Of a stretch of DNA of 64,000 nt, positions 57,592 to 64,000 are shown one piece after another; position 1 is the first letter of the stretch, and each line of letters opens with the position of its first letter. Location of the stretch: the NCBI GenBank assembly GCA_951406725.2, contig OX597825.1, positions 3,224,001 to 3,288,000 of the forward strand, written 5' to 3'. A program made the translations under genes and the position numbers. The stretch comes from Octopus vulgaris. Taxonomy: Eukaryota. The notes beneath the pieces were generated by a model. It saw only the letters and a program-made list of their open reading frames with translations. It was not told where the DNA came from and searched no databases.

Positions 57592-58100
57592 CAGGCGTGG
57601 CTGTGCGGTAAGAAGCTTTCTTCACAAACACATGGTCCCGATTTCAGTCTCACAGCGTGGCTGTGTGGCAAGAAGCTTTCTTCCCAACATGGTCCTAGTT
57701 TCAGTCTCACTGCATGGCTGTGCGGTAAGTAGCTTTTTTCACAACCACATAGTCCTGGATTCAGTCTCACGGCGTAGCTATGTGACAAGATGCTTTCTTC
57801 AAAACAATATGGTCCCGGTTTCATTCTCACAGTGTGGTTTATTCGGCAAGTGTTTCCTGCTATACAATAGATGTGTATATCTTTGTGTGTTTTTCTTCGT
57901 TTCTGTGTTTCTCCCCACATCACCGTTTGCCATCAAGTGTTGGTGTGTTTACGTCTCCGTAACTTTAGCGTTTCCGCAAAAGCGACTGATAGAATGAGTG
58001 CTAGGCTAAAAAGTAAGGTCTGGGGGCGATTTCGTTGACAAAAGGTATTGAGCGTGGTGCACCAGCGTGGCCGCAGTCATATGACTGAAAAAAGAAAAGA
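57592..58100 (+). mobile_element. SINE family A with four tandem ~60-bp tRNA-derived heads
   Basis: Units gcgtggctgtg(c/t)gg..aag..gctttcttc..catggtcc...ttcagtctcac x4 (57594-57835), followed by the SINE body and tail. Confidence 0.8.
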
Positions 58101-58777
58101 ATGACAGAAGAAAATAACATACACATATACAAATGCAGGCATACATACATTCTTAAGGCTTTCCCCCCAATATGAAACATCAGCTATGGATGCATTTCTG
58201 CTTCTCCCCAGCTGTACACATATTATTACGTATCCATCTTTCTGGGTTGAATTGAATTTCGCCTTATGCATATTCTTTCCCAGGTGTTGTTGTGCTTGAA
58301 TTGTCATCGATGCTCCTCTAACTTTGCATTCTTCTTGCTAGGGAATTCTTCATGAGCAGACACATTTAAACTTTTGGAAAAGGTGGTTAAAATAAGTGTA
58401 TATATTGTGACATGTTCTGATGTGTTTGTCATGGAAAGACAATGAGCCTGGCAAAGTTATAGTTTTACCTTGTACTTCTATATTTCGGGTTTATGACATC
58501 TTGTTCAGGATATTTCGGAAGAGTGATGAATGGATAAATAAATATATCCTCAAAAGACTAATGAGATAATATGCATTCGATAACAGTCTTTCAGCTGAAA
58601 ATTTGATGCCAGTGAAACTGGGTGCAGTGATACCGATTTTTCCTTTCCAGTAAAACATATTTCGCAAATTCATTCATAAATTGTTTGCAGTAAAATGAGA
58701 TGAAGCGAAATTTGTCCGGGTAAAACTCATGTTGTACGAACACCAGTATACTAATTATGAGGACATTAATAAATCTA

Positions 58778-59013
58778 ATACTCTTTTATTCTTTTGCTTG
58801 TTGCAGTCACTTGCCTGCAGCCATGCGGGATCGCCGCAAGTAGTCTAGCAGATCGAACCCTGGACTTATTCCTTGTAAGCTTAGTACTTATTCTATCTGT
58901 GTCTTTTGCCGAACGGCTAAGTTGCATGGAAATAAACACAACATCGGTTGTCATGTGATAGTTATAGGGGCAAATACAGACACACAAATACGTACGTATA
59001 CACACACACACAT

Positions 59014-59089
<76 letters not shown>

Positions 59090-59209
59090 CAGATTTGGTG
59101 GGCCGAGGATATTGTAGAAGACACTTACACAAGATGCCATGCAGTGGCACTGGGCGTGGAAACATGTGGCTGGGAAGCAAGATACGCACCACACGTCCAC
59201 TCCAGTGCC
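58778..59209 (-). mobile_element. tRNA-derived SINE, family A (diverged)
   Basis: Homology to the other family A copies. Confidence 0.8.
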
Positions 59210-59510
59210 TGATAGTTCTTTTGTTTCTGTGGGTAAAGAACTATTTCAATGCCATAGCTTGACCATAATTTCAGAGTTGAGAAAAGGAATCTGTACGAGT
59301 AAAATATAACAAAACAAGATTTAACTTGAGAACAGCCTATCCGTTAACAAGACAAAACGTCAGAGAAAGGTCATGCGTGAATCTGCTCTCTAGTGTGCAT
59401 GAAAGCATTTCGCTCTCATTCTGATTGGCACATATCGACATATTTGTGTATTCATATATATGCATACATACAGACAGACATACGTCTCTCTCTCTCTCTC
59501 ACTTTATATA

Positions 59511-59846
59511 TCTCTCTATATATAAACGGCAGTTTGTCTGTGCGTGTTTCTGTGTGTCTGTTTTCTCGTACCTACCACGGCTTTCATATGAAACTATAGC
59601 CCAATATAATTCAAAACTAACGCAGCGAAAATTTTGAAAAGTTCCCCCAGTAAAAAATCGATAAATTCGATAGAATAAAAAAAACAAACCACAGACTGTC
59701 TAGGGGACGCAACTCAACCTTTTTACTCTCAAAAAAATTTACGATCATTTTTTTCCATTTTTTGCTATTTTTTGGCTATAACTCTCTAAAGATGCTTTAT
59801 AGTTATTTCCCTTACAAACCTGAGCAACGCCGGGCGATACTGCTAG
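59511..59846 (+). mobile_element. Non-autonomous Helitron
   Basis: 5' TC(TCTCTATATATAAA), 3' GC-rich hairpin cctgagcaacgccggg followed by CTAG. Inserted between A and T with no TSD. Confidence 0.8.
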
Positions 59847-60399
59847 TATATATATATATATATATATGTATATGTACCCGTATATGCATATATATTCAGA
59901 AAGAGAGAGAGAAAGAGCGTGTGTGTGTGTGAGAGAGAGAGAATCTATATGTATATCTTCAACCATTTTTTGATATATATGATCGAATGTTTCTGTTTCA
60001 AGAATGTTTAAGTCTGTATGGAACAATTCGTATATTTTCAACCATCGAGCATTTATTGCTGGTCTGCATTGGTCTACATTGAATTTAGTAAATGGGTATT
60101 CTAACATGGTAATTTAACTCAATTTAACGCTAAATGCTGACAACGGAGAATGTTTAATGTTCAAACATTAAGAGAACTTCCTGACCAGAGGATATTAAGT
60201 ATTACAAATCATCGTTGCTTTCCAAGAGACAGCATGTTAGTTCAATATTTGAACATTAAACAAACCAGCTTACATTTATAGGTAACTAGATGTCGAAGGT
60301 GACCATTTTCTTCTCAAATCTAACGTGTACTTTTATTGTGTTACAAGCGAACACTAATTTCTACTAACGGCACATTTTTACGATAACCTCTTTCTCTAG

Positions 60400-60464
60400 A
60401 TGCAAAAGTATCGGATGCACACAATGATATAAAGATTGATTTCATAACATTCCCGGTTTTCGCG
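60400..60464 (+). CDS. Candidate exon E: AKVSDAHNDIKIDFITFPVFA in phase 1 (or MQKYRMHTMI* in phase 0)
   Basis: TACTAAC branch point at 60362-60368, acceptor ctctttctctAG, donor GCG|gtaaca. Phase link to exon D is unresolved. Confidence 0.45.
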
Positions 60465-60667
60465 GTAACATTAATAATTGATGCAAAGAAATGAGTTATA
60501 TACACTGCAGGGGATCAAATACCTATTTATATTGGCACTCAAAGGAATGCCTCAGTGGTAATATCACACCCACTTTCCAAGAATACATGTATGTACCACA
60601 CATAGACACTCACACATGTAAACCTATTAATTATTCTTGAGGGAGAAACACATTTTATTTGCTGCAG

Positions 60668-60727
60668 AATATGAATTACATTATGAAGAAACATAGAAAC
60701 ATAATCTGTCGCAATTTGTACGTGTAA
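60668..60727 (+). CDS. Possible terminal exon NMNYIMKKHRNIICRNLYV*
   Basis: Acceptor ttttatttgctgcAG, open in phase 0, AATAAA near 60806. Speculative. Confidence 0.2.
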   Translation, partial: NMNYIMKKHRNIICRNLYV

Positions 60728-61406
60728 TCTTCAGTTCATCCTATTTCTCATTGTCTTTCTGCGATTGCTACGCAGAATCTACTTTTAGTGGCATGTGAGG
60801 CGCAAAATAAAGATCTTACATTGATGTAAGTAAAATATATATGATTTGAAGAGTTTAATTTCCATTCCACGTTAATATTTCAATTCAACTTAATGCCGCG
60901 CGTCCTTTAAGGACTTCCCCAGTAATAAGTTAGCTAAAATAAATTTCCGTATATTTACTACGTATTAAGCAAAATTTAGAAAAATAGACAAAGCATCAAA
61001 ATTTTTTCAAATGTTGTTGCGAGATATATGAGATAACGGTCTAAAGATTATAGAGAAAGTGATCACAAGATGAAGAGCAATAGAGTCACAACAGAAGCTG
61101 CGAATTTAATTGCATAGAGGGCTCCGTGTGAGTATAGCCCACCCTCGACAATATGGTCCCAATTAATTTAATACGTATTCAAGAATAATTTTATTTGAAA
61201 GAAAGCACTTACGCACACGAGTATTTTTATTAAACTTTGTTTACCATGCTAGGAATCAATTAGTATTAACAGATAATGACATATATTTAAATGAACTCAA
61301 ACGTTTTCCCTATAACTATGTATGTTACATTTTTTCTACCAAAGCAATGACGTTTAGAAGTACATTGACGATTTTCAGTTGGAATGGAATGTTAAGCATC
61401 CCCTGT

Positions 61407-61486
<80 letters not shown>

Positions 61487-61569
61487 TATCATTTAACTCT
61501 GAAAGATATTATACATAAATGTCTATCCATCTTACATATACAGCTTTTATATATTAGTACCACCCCCAT

Positions 61570-62090
61570 AACACACAACATCTGGAGGCTCACCTGGGAT
61601 TTTTTAGAGGTTATTTCAAGCAAGATTCCAGCTGCGGTCTGATGAGATTAAGTTTGAGTTATTTAGCCATATAGATGTTGTATATATCTGGTGGTAGAAA
61701 GGAGAAGGATACAAACCAAGGAACAATGTGACCACCATCAATCGGGGTTCAGGAATCATAATGCTATGGGGATTCTTCTATTCCAGTAGCACAGGGAATC
61801 GTGTCACGGACGAAGGAATCATGAGAGAGGAAGATTACATCAGGAGCCTTGATGAAGACGTGAAAATATCCGCTGAGGAAGTCCAAGTTGACCACAACTG
61901 GAAGAACCAACAGGACAGTGATCCAAAACATATCGCTAAGATAGTGAAGAAATGGTTCAAAGACAATATTGTCAACGTTCTAGAATGGCCAAGTCAGAGT
62001 CCTGACCTGAATCCGATCGAGAACTTGTAGTGAGATTGAAAACCTTAGTGATGGCTAAGAAACACATGAACCTGACCCAGACTATGAATA
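61570..62090 (+). mobile_element. Tc1-family transposase catalytic-domain remnant
   Basis: SDEIKFELF upstream, then ORF 61728-62030 with IMLWGFF, QQDSDPKH and WPSQSPDLNPIENL. Confidence 0.9.
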
Positions 62091-62979
62091 ATTTTGAGGA
62101 CGACAATATATTATTCTTTATTAGTGATGACTGCGGTGCACATTGTATTCTTGCTTTCTTTTAATCCTTCCATTGCAACACGATGAACATGTGTCTTTGT
62201 GTGTGTGAGATTTTATCAGTTTTTGTGTAGATACACATATAAATCTAGTTACCAAGGGCAATATAAAACGAAAATATGACCTATGGTTGATTCGAGGTGT
62301 GGCGCATGTGTAAAACAAAGAACAAGTCGGGTTCCAAATTTGTTACACCTGCATATTATTGATATATTATTAGGTCACATCATGTCAATAACTCACTGTC
62401 CTCAGGTAGATTTTAAACACGTACAAACTAGTATATTGAAATCATAAGATTACTTTTTCATCAACTGATGAACAAGAGACATTTGAAAAGGAAAAATCGA
62501 TATATATGGTGGAAGTGGATAAATGAGCGCCTACTCTTAGAGAAACTAGGTCAAAGCAATCTTATCTTTCAAGTTGTCATCTTAATTAGTTTATAGTCCT
62601 GAACCGGTGAGAAGAGCCAGCAGGGAGCAGGCATGATCGTTTAAAATACAGTTAAGAACGTTGCTGAGATAAAACCTCGGAATTTAGGGTAAAGTAACAT
62701 GAACTATTGCCATATATTCAACATTGAAACAGCCATATCCCCTAGACATATTCGTAAGTTGATACTTTTACATGAGTACACACGCACATATAAATATAAA
62801 CATCCACATACATTCATATACTCATACACTTATGTATAGAGATATATCGACAGCCATACATAGACGTTTATGAAAGTATAGACGTATACACATGCAAAAA
62901 TGCATATACGTATTGTTCATATATGCACAAGGATATACACGCACATACATTAACTCAATCATATATAAGGATATATAAA

Positions 62980-63165
<186 letters not shown>

Positions 63166-63953
63166 ATAACAGAAAGGCTATATATACAACGTATAGAAGG
63201 TGGTAGAGGCTTATACAGCAGGAAAACTATTATAAAATAATCACCATAGGACTGCAAAAATACCTACTTCAGAAGCGATGAAAACTAATACAAATAGCCA
63301 CAAAACACGAGCAAAACAAAAATCTGTTTTCAGTATTTAAGGAAGCTGCCAAATACAAACAAGAAAGCATACTACTTAATAAATATAAAGAAGAAGAAAC
63401 AACAAAAGCTATAAAACAAATGAAATCCAAACTAAAACTAGGACAGAAACGGACCATGATAAAACGATGGCAAGAAAAACCCTTTCATGGCAAAAGCTGT
63501 GCTAAACTAAACGCAAAAGAAATAGACAAAGAAAGATCCCAGCAATGGTTGAGAAGCTCAGAACTCAAAGGAGAGACAGATGGATTCTTAATTGCAGCGC
63601 AAGACCAAAGCCTCCCCACCAGAAATTACCAAAAACATGTAATGGAAAGAAATATAACAAGTAACTGCAGAATATGTGGAGATGGACAAAAAACAATAAG
63701 TCATTGGAATATATTCACAGACACGACAGAGTTGGGACCTACATACACTGAAAGCTATGCCAACATTATGGAATAACACCAGAATAAAAATGGTACAAGC
63801 ACACGCTAGAAAAAGGGCACAGGAAACGAGAAAGCAACCATACTCTGGGATATGCCAATACACACAAATAGAGAAATTAAGGCCAATAGGCCAGATATAG
63901 CTGACTAACATCAAGAAGAAAAAAATGATTTCTAATTGATGTACAAATACCAG
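63166..63953 (+). mobile_element. R4/Dong-clade (REL endonuclease) LINE remnant
   Basis: ERLYIQRIEGGRGL, ETDGFLIAAQDQSLPTRNY, CRICG..TISH zinc knuckle, and LWDMPIHT.REIKANRPDI...FLIDV.IP (PD..D motif). Confidence 0.8.
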
Positions 63954-64000
63954 TAGCCAGGCTTGTCCATAGGACACTTTGCTACAAGTATGGGCTTGAC

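Noticed and set aside
58150-58380. Minus-strand FNPERW resembling the cytochrome P450 PERF/W motif
   Set aside because: Flanked by stops, with no heme-binding FxxGxRxC and no clear splice sites. Another frame loosely resembles a hAT N-terminus, but too weakly to call.
61639-61650. CTGATGAG hammerhead-like core
   Set aside because: It is the SDE codons of the Tc1 transposase, with no helices or GAAA partner.

Overview
AT-rich, microsatellite-saturated animal genomic DNA. The SINE and repeat complement looks cephalopod (Octopus-like; an inference from repeat types). Most listed ORFs are microsatellite artefacts. Manual reading reveals a + strand host gene made of short, phase-compatible exons that the ORF track does not assemble: 1098-1203 (exactly duplicated at 2953-3058), 16919-16964, 35360-35444, 57395-57427, and possibly 60400-60464. 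It encodes a protein I cannot name. Its introns hold LINE remnants (CR1-like, RTE, R4/Dong), Tc1/mariner and hAT remnants, Helitron and MITE elements, and several tRNA-SINE families. The most striking signal is a dense set of type I hammerhead-ribozyme (HHR) motifs from several unrelated Penelope-like repeat families. These include a near-perfect 259-bp fold-back with an HHR in each arm, a recurrent CUG-U-N-GA core variant, and a TSD-flanked tRNA-head/microsatellite/HHR SINE-like element. All calls come from reading the sequence by eye; no searches or folding programs were run.
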